Shown: positions 1 to 9,878, counted from the stretch's first letter. The stretch: 64,000 nt of DNA from Promethearchaeota archaeon (GCA_048939765.1 JBHLPF010000009.1:1716-65715), one strand, 5' to 3'. Made by a program: numbers and translations. The notes: generated by a model from the sequence alone, not told the origin.

Positions 1-232
1 CATTCCCTTTCTCAGCTTCTTCTTTGAGCGTATTGTCAAGAAGTCGGTCAATCTGCTCATCCTGCTCGGCTACTCGGCTGAAATCCTCAAGAGTAAGTCC
101 TCTTTCCTCAGCTAGTTTCCGAAAAGTGATGCCCGCAGAAACTCTTCTCAGGTTGAATTCCTTGGAGATTCTATCAGCAACTGAACTCTTACCGGTTCCG
201 TGAAGCCCACCGATTGTAATGACGCGCTTCAT
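1..232 (-). CDS. cmk: Cytidylate kinase (partial, runs off window start)
   Basis: Manual translation MKRVITIGGLHGTGKSSVADRISKEFNLRRVSAGITFRKLAEERG; P-loop; canonical position after eL34. Confidence 0.9.
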   Translation of the reverse strand, partial: MKRVITIGGLHGTGKSSVADRISKEFNLRRVSAGITFRKLAEERGLTLEDFSRVAEQDEQIDRLLDNTLKEEAEKGN

Positions 233-233
233 T

Positions 234-503
234 TTACTGTTCTCGCGCCTTTCGTATTATCCCTCGCCTTACTGCACTGGAGGTAGCAAAGCCACCATAT
301 GGGCGATTAGGCTTCTTTGAGGAACGGCTTGATTTACCTGTCTTCCTCTGCTTTGCCTTCTTGGAGAGCTGCATCATCTTGCCTGTCAATGAACATGTTC
401 CTCTTGCACTGTAGATCTTACGTCTGTGGACCATTTGACGACCACCAGGAGTCTTGATAGTGCGATTTGCTCTTCCTCTCGTCAGCTCACCAGGACGTGG
501 CAT
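234..503 (-). CDS. rpl34e: 50S ribosomal protein eL34
   Basis: KTPGGR..HRRK, KKPNRPYGG motifs; operon context. Confidence 0.93.
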   Translation of the reverse strand: MPRPGELTRGRANRTIKTPGGRQMVHRRKIYSARGTCSLTGKMMQLSKKAKQRKTGKSSRSSKKPNRPYGGFATSSAVRRGIIRKAREQ

Positions 504-653
504 TTCGTATCACCCACAAGTGTTCAGTGGCTTTTCATAGGAGCCCCGGGTCTTTCCTTTTAAGGAAAGCGGTGTGTCAGGTCGTTTGAAATGAACCTGC
601 GACCCAATTGATTATTGACTGAATCTATCTCTCTGAAGGAGTATTACCGCGCT

Positions 654-1226
654 CTATGTAAGCGAAACACCCATGAGCCTTTGGAGTATCTGTCCAAGTC
701 CTAATCCGACCATCATATAGAATCCAAAGTAGGTCATCCCAAAACCCAATGGATGAGCGAATCCCAACCAACCTTCAAAGAAGGGCAGGAGTTTATGGAT
801 GCTGAATGGTATTATTGCAACAACCCTATCGACACCTGCAACAGTATCAAAGTAAAATCCTCGAAGGACTTGGAATACGATGATAAAGGGGATGAAGAAC
901 AAAAGTCCGGGCTTACAGCGTGCAGTCATGCTTTCACGCTGAATTCTCTCGATGTAGGCTTTTCTTCTCCGTACTTTCCTCAGTAGTTTCTCATTCTGTG
1001 TCTTTTCTGCCTCTTTCTGCATCTCCTGATGTTGCTTGATTTCAGCCTGATACCTCTTGAGCCGTCTAGTGTCGGTGAGCCGTCTCTGAGCGAGATTACT
1101 GATAGTCGTTATCCCCAGCGAGAATATCATTATGAACAGCGCAGCCAGAGGGGGATCTTGGAAAATCGCGAAGGTTGTGTTGAACCAAGTCTGGAAAGCG
1201 GCGAAGAAATCTTGCATCGGTTTCAC
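654..1226 (-). CDS. DUF106 / EMC3-TMCO1 (Oxa1 superfamily) membrane protein
   Basis: TM1, coiled coil, KP..F..IPF, further TMs; conserved adk-DUF106-eL34-cmk order. Confidence 0.85.
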   Translation of the reverse strand: MKPMQDFFAAFQTWFNTTFAIFQDPPLAALFIMIFSLGITTISNLAQRRLTDTRRLKRYQAEIKQHQEMQKEAEKTQNEKLLRKVRRRKAYIERIQRESMTARCKPGLLFFIPFIIVFQVLRGFYFDTVAGVDRVVAIIPFSIHKLLPFFEGWLGFAHPLGFGMTYFGFYMMVGLGLGQILQRLMGVSLT

Positions 1227-1822
1227 TCCATCAACGTAGCTGCTAGCTCGGAAGCGGCCTCTTCTACCTTTCCCTCTCGATTCTTGATTATTCTAACGGT
1301 TGCTCCAGTTATCGTACCGACTGCAACCGCTGCGGCTCTACACATTCTTTGGTGTGTATCAATCTCATCAGTCAACTGAGCATCCCGTGTTCTGGATTCA
1401 TCTGAGGTCCTGCGACCAGCAATCTTCTCCGGATCTGCTTCGACCAGAACCACAGTCTTTGGCTGAATCGGCTTCGCGACCCACTCAGGAAGTCCAATGA
1501 GGAAGCCATTCTTTGTTTGGATGAGAGTATGCGTGTCAACGATTACTCTGGCAGTCTTCGCCTTTCGGGTAATCTCCTCTCCAGCAAGCCTTTGGACTTC
1601 TCTTTGCCTTGCTGTAGGCATCTTTCTCAGCTCGTCTCTATCCGTGATGAAGCCGCGCTCAGAAGCTATCTCAAACATCTCTGTCCCGATAGTGAGAATG
1701 AGGACCTCTTCGTCATGCTTATCCTTGACCATCTGTACGGCAGTGTTGATGACAGTGGTCTTTCCAACTCCTGGAATTCCTGTAACAATGACGACGTTCC
1801 TTTCTCCGGCCATTGGACCCAA
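1223..1822 (-). CDS. adkA: Archaeal adenylate kinase
   Basis: VTGIPGVGKTT, DTH..I.T..G.L.GLP motifs. Confidence 0.93.
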   Translation of the reverse strand: MGPMAGERNVVIVTGIPGVGKTTVINTAVQMVKDKHDEEVLILTIGTEMFEIASERGFITDRDELRKMPTARQREVQRLAGEEITRKAKTARVIVDTHTLIQTKNGFLIGLPEWVAKPIQPKTVVLVEADPEKIAGRRTSDESRTRDAQLTDEIDTHQRMCRAAAVAVGTITGATVRIIKNREGKVEEAASELAATLME

Positions 1823-1889
1823 CTATCCAGACATGCACTGAGTTTGCTGGTGGACCTGCTGTGCTCGTTATATAGATTCTGTAAAAGCA

Positions 1890-2933
1890 CTATTTCTTCT
1901 TAGCAGGCTTTTTCTTCTTCTTGTCATTCTTCTTGGGTTTCTTAATGCCTTTTGCAGAGGTTATTATCTCGGCTACCTCTTCCGTTTCAAGGATGCCTTC
2001 CTTTTTTATTACACGCCTCTTGGCTGCAAATGCTTTCTCGCTGTCAATCTTCTCAATCTGCGGCTTCAAAACCACAGTTGCTCCCATCTTTGTTGCGACT
2101 CCGGATATCTGGCGTCTAAGTCTTTTCTGATTGAACTCGTTGGCAGCTATGACTGGTAGGATAAACGCCATGACAAGAAATGGGAGCCCAACTGTCCAGA
2201 ATAGGCTGACAATCAGACTGTCGATATTTGTGAAAACAAGAGGGTCTTCCAACAGGGGGTTCAAGAAGTAGTTCTGGAATGCAGAGATTGGATATGCGAT
2301 TATAGCGAATCCACCCAGCACATTGCCTACCCATCTCCCCACGCCCTGAGTGTCGGGACACTGACGAATGTTCAACTTATCGTCCTTTAGATGGGTTACT
2401 ATCCCTGCATCATTGAGAACCCATGTGGGCATGAACAATGGAAGAGATACCAAAAGAAATAGCAAGCCAGCCATCAAAGACAATGCAAAATTGAAGGCAA
2501 TACCCATTCCAGGTGGAATTGTTGGTTCAGGACCGAATAACCACTCCTTAATAGGAACGATAAGGAAATTGGATGAGCTGAGGCTGAAAAGGGCCGGAGC
2601 CACTGCTCTACGTACCATACGAACTCCACCAAATTCCGTTCCAATGTTCATGATGTTCATCTCATATGAGGCCGACCTGATAATGCTAGCATATAGCAGC
2701 AATAGACCGGCAGCTGGTACAGCTATAATGGCATACTCGATGAGGTATACAGGGATGGCGATTAAAAGAAAGAAAGTCACATCAACGCGCCATAGTGTAC
2801 TCATGACGGGCAGAATAGCGACCGGCCTGACCACCTCAGTGACTCCAGTTATCATATCCCAGGTGAACCATGCGCCCAGAAAGAATAGGAATACAGGCAA
2901 AAGGTAGCGTATTCTACGATTGGTATTACTCAT
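1890..2933 (-). CDS. Hypothetical multi-pass membrane protein with Lys-rich tail
   Basis: 347-aa ORF with about 6-7 hydrophobic segments; C-terminus KKPKKNDKKKKKPAKKK. Confidence 0.75.
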   Translation of the reverse strand: MSNTNRRIRYLLPVFLFFLGAWFTWDMITGVTEVVRPVAILPVMSTLWRVDVTFFLLIAIPVYLIEYAIIAVPAAGLLLLYASIIRSASYEMNIMNIGTEFGGVRMVRRAVAPALFSLSSSNFLIVPIKEWLFGPEPTIPPGMGIAFNFALSLMAGLLFLLVSLPLFMPTWVLNDAGIVTHLKDDKLNIRQCPDTQGVGRWVGNVLGGFAIIAYPISAFQNYFLNPLLEDPLVFTNIDSLIVSLFWTVGLPFLVMAFILPVIAANEFNQKRLRRQISGVATKMGATVVLKPQIEKIDSEKAFAAKRRVIKKEGILETEEVAEIITSAKGIKKPKKNDKKKKKPAKKK

Positions 2934-3069
2934 CTATGCGACCCCTAAACCAAGCTAATTCGTCGCTTTTCCGATTCCATCAATGCATTTTAGCTTTGCC
3001 TGAAATCCACAGCTATTCTGCGAGAAGAGAAACAGTCGAAAATGATCAATAATTGCTACTATGGCTGAT

Positions 3070-4365
3070 TCATAGATTGGTTGTGAACTCGACTAGTCGG
3101 TCGCTAGCCATCACCAGGCTAGGCGCAATAGAAACAACAAATCGATCTGGATCTTCTAATGCAATATCTCTGTCTTTTGTGAAGGACTCAATTGCAGTCC
3201 GTCCATCGTAATCAACAGTGGCTAGGCGCAGACCTAGATGATCTGACGGCATACCAAACTCTGAACCCGGCAAGCTAGAAACTAGTCTGGTTTTGAGTAG
3301 ATGATTCGCCAATTCACTAGAAGTATCTATTCCTCGCGCTCTGAGCACGTCCCTGTGTTTGTTCCAATCAGGAAACAGATAGAAGCCGCCCACTGGTGGC
3401 GGGCAGGAAATACCACCCGCTTCGATTCTACGATGGATATGCCTTGTAACCAATTCATGTATGGTTGCACAGTCATGGATATAGCCCACCAATTCGGTAT
3501 CAGTTCGATATGCCTCAATTCCAGCATACTGTATTGGCGCGGATACACTCGACCAGACCTCACTCCCAACAGCTAGGATACTTCTCAAGAGATCCCTCTC
3601 ATCTTGGGGGAGCAGTAGAACACCAAGCCGATAGCCTCCTAGAGAACGGTCTTTGGAGAGCCCTCCTGTAATGATTGTCCCCTCAGGATAGTATTCGGCA
3701 ATGCTATGGTGTTCTTGGTCGCGATAATGAGTGAGAGCATAGATCTCATCCGATACGACAATAACGTTCTGCTCTCGAGCCACCTTGGCCAATGCTTTCA
3801 ACTGCTGTGCAGAGAAACTGTGTCCCGTGGGATTGCATGGATAATTCAGGACAAGGATTTTCTGTTCGGATGAAATCAGACTATCCTCTTCGAGAGCCTT
3901 CAGCAGCGCCTGAGGGCTGAGTCGGTATGACTCATCAACACTTGTAGGGATGTGATGAATTTCACGGTCTAGATATTTACCCATATGCTGATAACTTACC
4001 CAGGAGGGTGCAGGCAGGAAGAGATCACCGGCAAGAGCAGCCAAGGCGGCAAACATCAATGGCTTGCTTCCTGGGCCAACAACGATTTGTGCAGCTGAGT
4101 ACTTCAGGTCGAACATCTCTTGATAGAATTTTGAGACCTGTTCTCGGAGGGGGAGAATCCCTTGTGTGGAGAGATATTTCTGCCGCCAAGAGTTCTCGCA
4201 CAGCGCATTCCGAACGAGCTGATGAACAGGAAATGGGGACTCCCCGAATCCTAGATGAAGAACTTGTTCTCCCTGTTCACGGAGAGCGGTTATGAGCTCA
4301 TTAATTGCCAGTGTTGCAGATTGACGAAGTCGTTTTGCTGAGAATGAAACCTCCAATGTTTCCAC
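3070..4365 (-). CDS. PLP-dependent aminotransferase class I/II
   Basis: LNYPCNPTG, SDEIY, SKDRSLGGYRLG (PLP lysine) motifs. Confidence 0.9.
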   Translation of the reverse strand: METLEVSFSAKRLRQSATLAINELITALREQGEQVLHLGFGESPFPVHQLVRNALCENSWRQKYLSTQGILPLREQVSKFYQEMFDLKYSAAQIVVGPGSKPLMFAALAALAGDLFLPAPSWVSYQHMGKYLDREIHHIPTSVDESYRLSPQALLKALEEDSLISSEQKILVLNYPCNPTGHSFSAQQLKALAKVAREQNVIVVSDEIYALTHYRDQEHHSIAEYYPEGTIITGGLSKDRSLGGYRLGVLLLPQDERDLLRSILAVGSEVWSSVSAPIQYAGIEAYRTDTELVGYIHDCATIHELVTRHIHRRIEAGGISCPPPVGGFYLFPDWNKHRDVLRARGIDTSSELANHLLKTRLVSSLPGSEFGMPSDHLGLRLATVDYDGRTAIESFTKDRDIALEDPDRFVVSIAPSLVMASDRLVEFTTNL

Positions 4366-4526
4366 ACCTCTGGCGCCCCGGCTATGTTTGTTTCTGATGA
4401 AGCCGAGAGCAAGAGGCAGATGCAGTAGTCGATTAAGAAATAGATTCCTGTGCTATACTCCTTGGCAACGCATCGCTTTCCCATATTTCTCTTGCTGACT
4501 GAAACTGGGAAGGCCACAAAGAAGAA

Positions 4527-4551
4527 TGAGGGCCGAATATGCCAGCCCTCA
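4527..4551 (-). terminator. Hairpin at the secY stop followed by a U-rich tract
   Basis: TGAGGGCTG-GCATATT-CGGCCCTCA then TTCTTCTTT on the minus strand. Confidence 0.45.
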
Positions 4552-6060
4552 AATGATTCCTAGCAATCCTTGGATTCCTTCGCCACCCATTTGGGCTAAT
4601 TGTTCTTTAGCTATCTGCTCGTAATACTGCTTGATGATTGACACCATCAGTAGGATACCCGTCCCGCTGGCCAGAGCTCCCAAGACATCTGCAGTCGCTG
4701 CGAGGACCCCTACAAGGAAACCTCCCAAGCTGGCTAGAATAGGAATGTAGCGATCAAGCAGTCTCTCTAAGACCTTTTCACTTCTCCTGAAGCCTGGCAC
4801 AATGTAACCTGAGTCCAGGAGTTGGCGAGACACATCGCGAGGTGCGATGCCTGAGATATCTACCCATATCTTAGAAAAGCCCCAACAAAGCAAAATCATC
4901 AACAGGGAATAGATCACCACATGTAGCAATGCATCCGGCGGCGCATCTGGGCCAAAGAGTGCAAACAACCCTTGAGGCGGCGTCACATAGCGACTCAGTC
5001 CGAAATCTGCTATCATTCTGGTACTATTTGGATCTTGATGAAATGTGCCAATGAGATTCAGAAACGGGTTAGTTCCAAGCGAGTTGAAGTTCGTGAAGAT
5101 GATCTGTCCGAAGAACAGGATGTTCGCAAACAGTGCCTGAGCCAGAATGACAGGAATATTCGAAGTATAAAGCAGCTTGATTGGATATCTCGCCTTCATG
5201 CCTCTATACTTGGCATACTGGAGAGGTATTTCCACTCGAACCGTTTCCATCCAGATGACAGCAAGCATGATTCCTATTGTGATAAGGAGAGTGAATATGC
5301 CTGGATTGATGCCATCTCTGAAGAGGAGCCAGCCCCAAGGGACCGGATCACCTGCATCAGTGCCAATACCAATCCACCTCAATAGATTCCCAATCAGTGC
5401 TGCAATGATACCTTTTGGTAGATTAGTGCCTCCAGGTGCGAGAGGATCCGGGTTTGCCGACTCGAGGTCAATGAAGTTCAATGCGTTGAACATCACCTGA
5501 CCTGCGACATTGGTCATGATGAACAGTGACACACCAGAGCCAAGGCCCCACCCCTTCTGGACGAGTTCATCCATGAGGATAACAACAATTCCTGCAATGA
5601 ACATCTGCATAAACACAATAACTGTAGCTTCAGGTGCTAGGTCGCCGTATGCCTTGCCGACTATGTAAGCAATCGCCTGAAATGCCGTCATGAACATCGC
5701 TAGGACCTTCTGACCACCAGTGAATAGGGCTCTGTCATCTGGATCGCCAAAGTCCACGTCGATGATTTTCGATCCTGATAGGAGCTGCATCACTAGTCCT
5801 GCAGTGACAATCGGTCCAATTCCTAATTCCATCAGGGTTCCCCGTGTGCTTGCGAGGATGACTCGCAACGCCCAAAGGTAGTCTGTTCCAACTGTCTTGT
5901 CCACTCCGTAGAGAGGAATGTGGCTCATTAGAAGGAAGAGTATCAGGATCACAATAGTCCAGACGGCCTTCTCTCTGAACGATACCTCTCGATCTGGAGC
6001 CTTCACTTCCGGCATTATCCGGACAAAAGGTGATAATGCCCTTAGGAATGTAGACGTCAA
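4549..6060 (-). CDS. secY: Preprotein translocase SecY/Sec61alpha
   Basis: GTLMELGIGPIVTAG, YTSNIPVIL, IPGFR-like motifs; about 10 TMs. Confidence 0.97.
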   Translation of the reverse strand: MTSTFLRALSPFVRIMPEVKAPDREVSFREKAVWTIVILILFLLMSHIPLYGVDKTVGTDYLWALRVILASTRGTLMELGIGPIVTAGLVMQLLSGSKIIDVDFGDPDDRALFTGGQKVLAMFMTAFQAIAYIVGKAYGDLAPEATVIVFMQMFIAGIVVILMDELVQKGWGLGSGVSLFIMTNVAGQVMFNALNFIDLESANPDPLAPGGTNLPKGIIAALIGNLLRWIGIGTDAGDPVPWGWLLFRDGINPGIFTLLITIGIMLAVIWMETVRVEIPLQYAKYRGMKARYPIKLLYTSNIPVILAQALFANILFFGQIIFTNFNSLGTNPFLNLIGTFHQDPNSTRMIADFGLSRYVTPPQGLFALFGPDAPPDALLHVVIYSLLMILLCWGFSKIWVDISGIAPRDVSRQLLDSGYIVPGFRRSEKVLERLLDRYIPILASLGGFLVGVLAATADVLGALASGTGILLMVSIIKQYYEQIAKEQLAQMGGEGIQGLLGII

Positions 6061-6197
6061 GTATTCGTCTCCTGCAGGTTTTTCGACCGAAAGTTAGAGG
6101 TCACCACTTAAAGCTTAGGGTCTTGCTGGTATGCGTCACTTTTGGCTGTCAGAATGATTTATGTTACCAATCTCAAATGGTATTGTTGGGGAAGTTC

Positions 6198-6455
6198 ATG
6201 AGTTCCGATGGTGAAGAGCCAATTTCCAAGGGTATGATATCAAGCATGGACATAGATTCTGAGAACGCAAACTGTTTTCTGGTAATTGCAATACTCACTG
6301 CACTTCTATGCATTGGTGGATATGTTGGCTATATGAGTGCAAACAATCCCGAAGCTGCACTTGCCGCTTCTGTGGCTTTTGGACTGGCAGCAGTTTGTTT
6401 CTCACTTCTTTATATTGGACTACAAATGCGGTATCTTGCATCGATAAAAGTCTGA
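6198..6455 (+). CDS. Small two-TM hypothetical membrane protein
   Basis: ORF 6123-6455, probable ATG at 6198; two hydrophobic helices; fills the uL15-secY gap on the opposite strand. Confidence 0.55.
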   Translation: MSSDGEEPISKGMISSMDIDSENANCFLVIAILTALLCIGGYVGYMSANNPEAALAASVAFGLAAVCFSLLYIGLQMRYLASIKV

Positions 6456-6469
6456 GAGAGTGAAAGGAG

Positions 6470-6919
6470 CTACTCCATAGGCAGGTCCACAGAACCACCC
6501 TTCGCCTCGATCTTCTCTCGTGCTCGTGCAGATATCGCCTTCACTCCAATCAAGTCAATCGCACGAGTGACTTTGCCGGACCCCAATATCTTGTCAATAC
6601 CCATAATCGAGAGATTGACGGTGTACTTGCGTCCTTTCTTTGTGGCTGCTCCCCGCTCAACAAGCCTATCTAGGGCTTCATCGATTTCGCCAATGTTGAG
6701 GGCAGCCATGTCATCAACTAGCTTCTGAGGTCTCTTAAAGCCCCATTTCCCAAAGTAGCGAGGATTCTCCTGCATTACTTTGATGTAGTGATGCTTCTTG
6801 GAGCCTGCCATACCCTTGCCTCCTTTCTGTCCTGAAGCCCTATGACCAGCACTGAAGCCGTAGCCAGCTGCGCGGCGTCCTCGCATCTTGTGAATCTTCT
6901 TGGATCTTCGATTCTGCAT
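6470..6919 (-). CDS. rpl15: 50S ribosomal protein uL15
   Basis: RG.R..GYG...GHR.SG.KGG.G.AG, YFGK.GF, KILG.G; alternative GTG start at 6934. Confidence 0.95.
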   Translation of the reverse strand: MQNRRSKKIHKMRGRRAAGYGFSAGHRASGQKGGKGMAGSKKHHYIKVMQENPRYFGKWGFKRPQKLVDDMAALNIGEIDEALDRLVERGAATKKGRKYTVNLSIMGIDKILGSGKVTRAIDLIGVKAISARAREKIEAKGGSVDLPME

Positions 6920-6933
6920 GACAATTCTCTCCA

Positions 6934-7485
6934 CTAAGCTTTCTTTAGTCGCACTTCGAGGACTCCATTCCTCATCGATGATTTTGCTTCTTCCTTGCGG
7001 ACTTTTGCCGGGAGGCTGATCTCCTTGTGATATGGCCTCTGCGGATTGTCCACGTCAATCGTCAAGGTCTTGCCCTTGACTCGCACTTTTAGCTCGTCCT
7101 TCTCAACTCCAGGGAGCTCAGCTACTACAATTATCTCAGCATTCTCGTCAATGACATCTACCAGTGGCTCGAGCTGAGGTGTCATTCCATGACCTTCCGG
7201 ATTGGGCGCATTTCCAAACCTCTGAATTATCGGTCTTCCATCAGGACCAGGGCGGATAGAGAAACCAAAGGTGAATGGATTGGTTCCGTCAGGATTTTCC
7301 CTTAGAAACTCCTCAATAGAGTCCATATCAAACAGTTTTCCACCGTCCATTTCCTCCATCATACGGCGCATCATCTCATCGATTTGGTCGAATACCTCGT
7401 CAGGGAGGAATTCACCAAACCACTTCCTCAGTTTCTTTCGAGGATCCTCATCGAACGGGTCGTCATCCCAACTCAACCATTTCAC
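6934..7485 (-). CDS. hsp20: Archaeal small heat shock protein (Hsp20/alpha-crystallin)
   Basis: GFSI..GPDG.P.I..FGN, EPLVDV, VAELPGVEK, NGVLEV. Confidence 0.92.
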   Translation of the reverse strand: MKWLSWDDDPFDEDPRKKLRKWFGEFLPDEVFDQIDEMMRRMMEEMDGGKLFDMDSIEEFLRENPDGTNPFTFGFSIRPGPDGRPIIQRFGNAPNPEGHGMTPQLEPLVDVIDENAEIIVVAELPGVEKDELKVRVKGKTLTIDVDNPQRPYHKEISLPAKVRKEEAKSSMRNGVLEVRLKKA

Positions 7486-7486
7486 C

Positions 7487-7969
7487 TCAGATCATTTTAC
7501 TTGCGAGCTGATTTATCTCGGCACCACGATATCCTGTGATTCCTCCCATTCCAACTGGAAGGTGCTTCTTTCCCTTGAACCCCTTGCGGGGAGGAGTCAG
7601 TCTGAACACAGGTTTCAGACCCTCAACATCGCTCATACTTGCCTTTCCCTCAGCTATGGCTTTGGCAAGTGACTTGAAAGTCCGATAGCTCGAGTTCTTT
7701 TTCAGATATTCTTCACTAAGCCTTTTGTTTCCCGGCAGACGGCCCCGCTTGGTAAGAAGCGTCAAGATGGTTTCTTCGTCAATCTCACCCCAAGTGATGT
7801 AGTCGTTTGCCTTTGCTATCATTCCTTGCAAACTTGGCGTGAGCTTCAACACACGAGCTTGGTGTAGTCTGCCCAGCAAGAGCTTGTCTAGAGTATCTTC
7901 TATTTGGGGCCGAACTCTAACTTGTCCTCTCACGCGTATTGCCAGAATGACCTTCTCTTCCAAACTCAT
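7487..7969 (-). CDS. rpl30: 50S ribosomal protein uL30
   Basis: AIRVRG, ITWGEID, VFRLTPPRKG. Confidence 0.95.
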   Translation of the reverse strand: MSLEEKVILAIRVRGQVRVRPQIEDTLDKLLLGRLHQARVLKLTPSLQGMIAKANDYITWGEIDEETILTLLTKRGRLPGNKRLSEEYLKKNSSYRTFKSLAKAIAEGKASMSDVEGLKPVFRLTPPRKGFKGKKHLPVGMGGITGYRGAEINQLASKMI

Positions 7970-8652
7970 TCTTCAGCCACTCCTGATGCTGCCCACTCCT
8001 GAGGAGGTAGCATTTTGTAAGTTTCTATGAGAGCCTCAACATATGCCTTCGCGAAGTTTGATGCAGTCCTTGTTCGCCCTTTTGTGATTGACCAAACATC
8101 CTTAAGACCTGCAATTCTGAGGACCATCTTGCCTACGTCTGCGGTCACAAGACCTGTTCCTTTCGGTGCAGGTCGGAGAGTCACACTGACAGAGCCCGAC
8201 TCGCCTTTTGTCTGGAAGGGGATACTGTGAGGATCGTGACACCTGCATTCCCAAGAGCCACAGCCTCTGCGGAAGATTGTTGCATTCAGTTTTGCTCTTC
8301 CTTCTGCGGCACGAACTGCTGGAACAAATTCCGCAGCCTTACCTATTCCAATGCCTATCACTCCTTCGCCGTTCCCTACGACGACGGTGATTCGGAAGCT
8401 CTTCTGCTGACCGCTGTCTGATTGTCTCTGGACCATTGTGACATCCACCACTTCCTGTCGGAGGTCTGGAATCAACATGTCAACAATCTCTGGCTCACGG
8501 ATGATGTAGTTGTTCTGAAAAACCTCCTCAATGCTGTTGATATGGCCTTCTTTGACCAGATTTCCTAAGGCTGTCTTAGGAACCCAGTCATCAAGGGGAT
8601 TCGTTTCTTGTCTTCGTGGAGGTCTTCGATCTCTTCTTCGACCACTCATCAC
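7966..8652 (-). CDS. rps5: 30S ribosomal protein uS5
   Basis: WVPKT.LG, RRGCGSWEC, PAPKGTG. Confidence 0.96.
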   Translation of the reverse strand: MMSGRRRDRRPPRRQETNPLDDWVPKTALGNLVKEGHINSIEEVFQNNYIIREPEIVDMLIPDLRQEVVDVTMVQRQSDSGQQKSFRITVVVGNGEGVIGIGIGKAAEFVPAVRAAEGRAKLNATIFRRGCGSWECRCHDPHSIPFQTKGESGSVSVTLRPAPKGTGLVTADVGKMVLRIAGLKDVWSITKGRTRTASNFAKAYVEALIETYKMLPPQEWAASGVAEE

Positions 8653-8662
8653 CTTTCATCTC

Positions 8663-9424
8663 CTACTTTGTCTTTCCTTTCGCCTTCTTCTTGCCCCTGC
8701 CTCTTGACACGAGCTTCTTGGGTTTTGGCTTTCTAGGTACCGCACGAGGTGCCTTTTCAGCAGGTTTAGTTTTCTCTTTCTTTGCTGCTGGCTTCTTCGG
8801 TGCAGTCTTCTTTGCTGCTGGCTTCTTCTTCTTGAGATCAGCCATGGGTATCTCTAGCATTGCTTTCTTGGCCTTATCGAACTGCTTTGGTATTGTGGTG
8901 ATGTTTGTTTTCTTTTTGCCTATAATACCAAAATGCTGACTGTCCTTCTTCTTTTCAGTCACGTATTCATAGGCTTGGACAATGTGTTCTCCAGATGTCC
9001 TAGATTCGTCTGGAAGCACTTCAGGATCGTGAGGCACTTCCAATCCCGCATCTACCGCACCCTTCAAGGCGGCATATAGCTTAGATCCACGAATAGGCGG
9101 ATGGAGTCCGACATCCATAATCGCAGTGTCGACGCCACGTGCCTTTGCTCTGAGTCCTGCAAGGAATCCAGTCAGATAAGCTGCAGGCAGATTTGCCACA
9201 CCAGCAGACCAGCCAAATCCTCCCAGCTCAGAGGATATTGCAGAGGCTATAGTATTGTCTCCAATCACCTTCGCATCTATCACCTGAACAATCACGCGGT
9301 TGTTTGTCTTTCTGACCACAAGGCGTGATCCCTTAGACTGCAGGAGTTTCTTTCTTCTGTAGTAGTTTGTCCTTCCTTCTCTGCGGCGTCTGAACTTGAC
9401 TTTGTAAGTTGGACCATGCGCCAT
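8663..9424 (-). CDS. rpl18: 50S ribosomal protein uL18 with Lys/Ala/Pro-rich tail
   Basis: RRRREGRTNY, RLVVRKTN, NLPAAYLTG. Confidence 0.95.
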   Translation of the reverse strand: MAHGPTYKVKFRRRREGRTNYYRRKKLLQSKGSRLVVRKTNNRVIVQVIDAKVIGDNTIASAISSELGGFGWSAGVANLPAAYLTGFLAGLRAKARGVDTAIMDVGLHPPIRGSKLYAALKGAVDAGLEVPHDPEVLPDESRTSGEHIVQAYEYVTEKKKDSQHFGIIGKKKTNITTIPKQFDKAKKAMLEIPMADLKKKKPAAKKTAPKKPAAKKEKTKPAEKAPRAVPRKPKPKKLVSRGRGKKKAKGKTK

Positions 9425-9876
9425 TATTTTTTCGCCCCCAACTTGCGTTCAGCGATATAGGTACGCAGGTGTGCGGTGTTCCTAAACGCATTGCCCTTTG
9501 CCTTGAGGTATAAATCCCGATAGACTCTCCTTGTGATTCTACCCTCGTCCCTTAGCTTCTTCAGCTCCTTCCGCATAGGGCGTATCTTCATCATCCATCG
9601 GTCTTTACTGGAAAGCTTGGATGTGTACTTGCCTTTTCGCTTTCCTGGGCCTTTTCTTTGACCTTTGCGCTTCTGCTGAAGAATATGACGAGCTCTTCCT
9701 CTGCTGACTCCAATCTTCTGCTTCGGTTGAATAGCTCCTTCATCCACCAACCGCCGGATGTCATTTCTAGTGATGGCAAGAGAAACCTCGTCTTCGAACT
9801 CAGGGTCTATCCAGACTCTTGACACTCCAACCTTCATGACTTCAGCAGCAAGTCTCTTCTGTGTGGTAAGTTTCAT
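9424..9876 (-). CDS. rpl19e: 50S ribosomal protein eL19
   Basis: QKRLAA, RVWIDP, KGPGKRKG, LYLKAKG. Confidence 0.96.
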   Translation of the reverse strand: MKLTTQKRLAAEVMKVGVSRVWIDPEFEDEVSLAITRNDIRRLVDEGAIQPKQKIGVSRGRARHILQQKRKGQRKGPGKRKGKYTSKLSSKDRWMMKIRPMRKELKKLRDEGRITRRVYRDLYLKAKGNAFRNTAHLRTYIAERKLGAKK

Positions 9877-9878
9877 TC

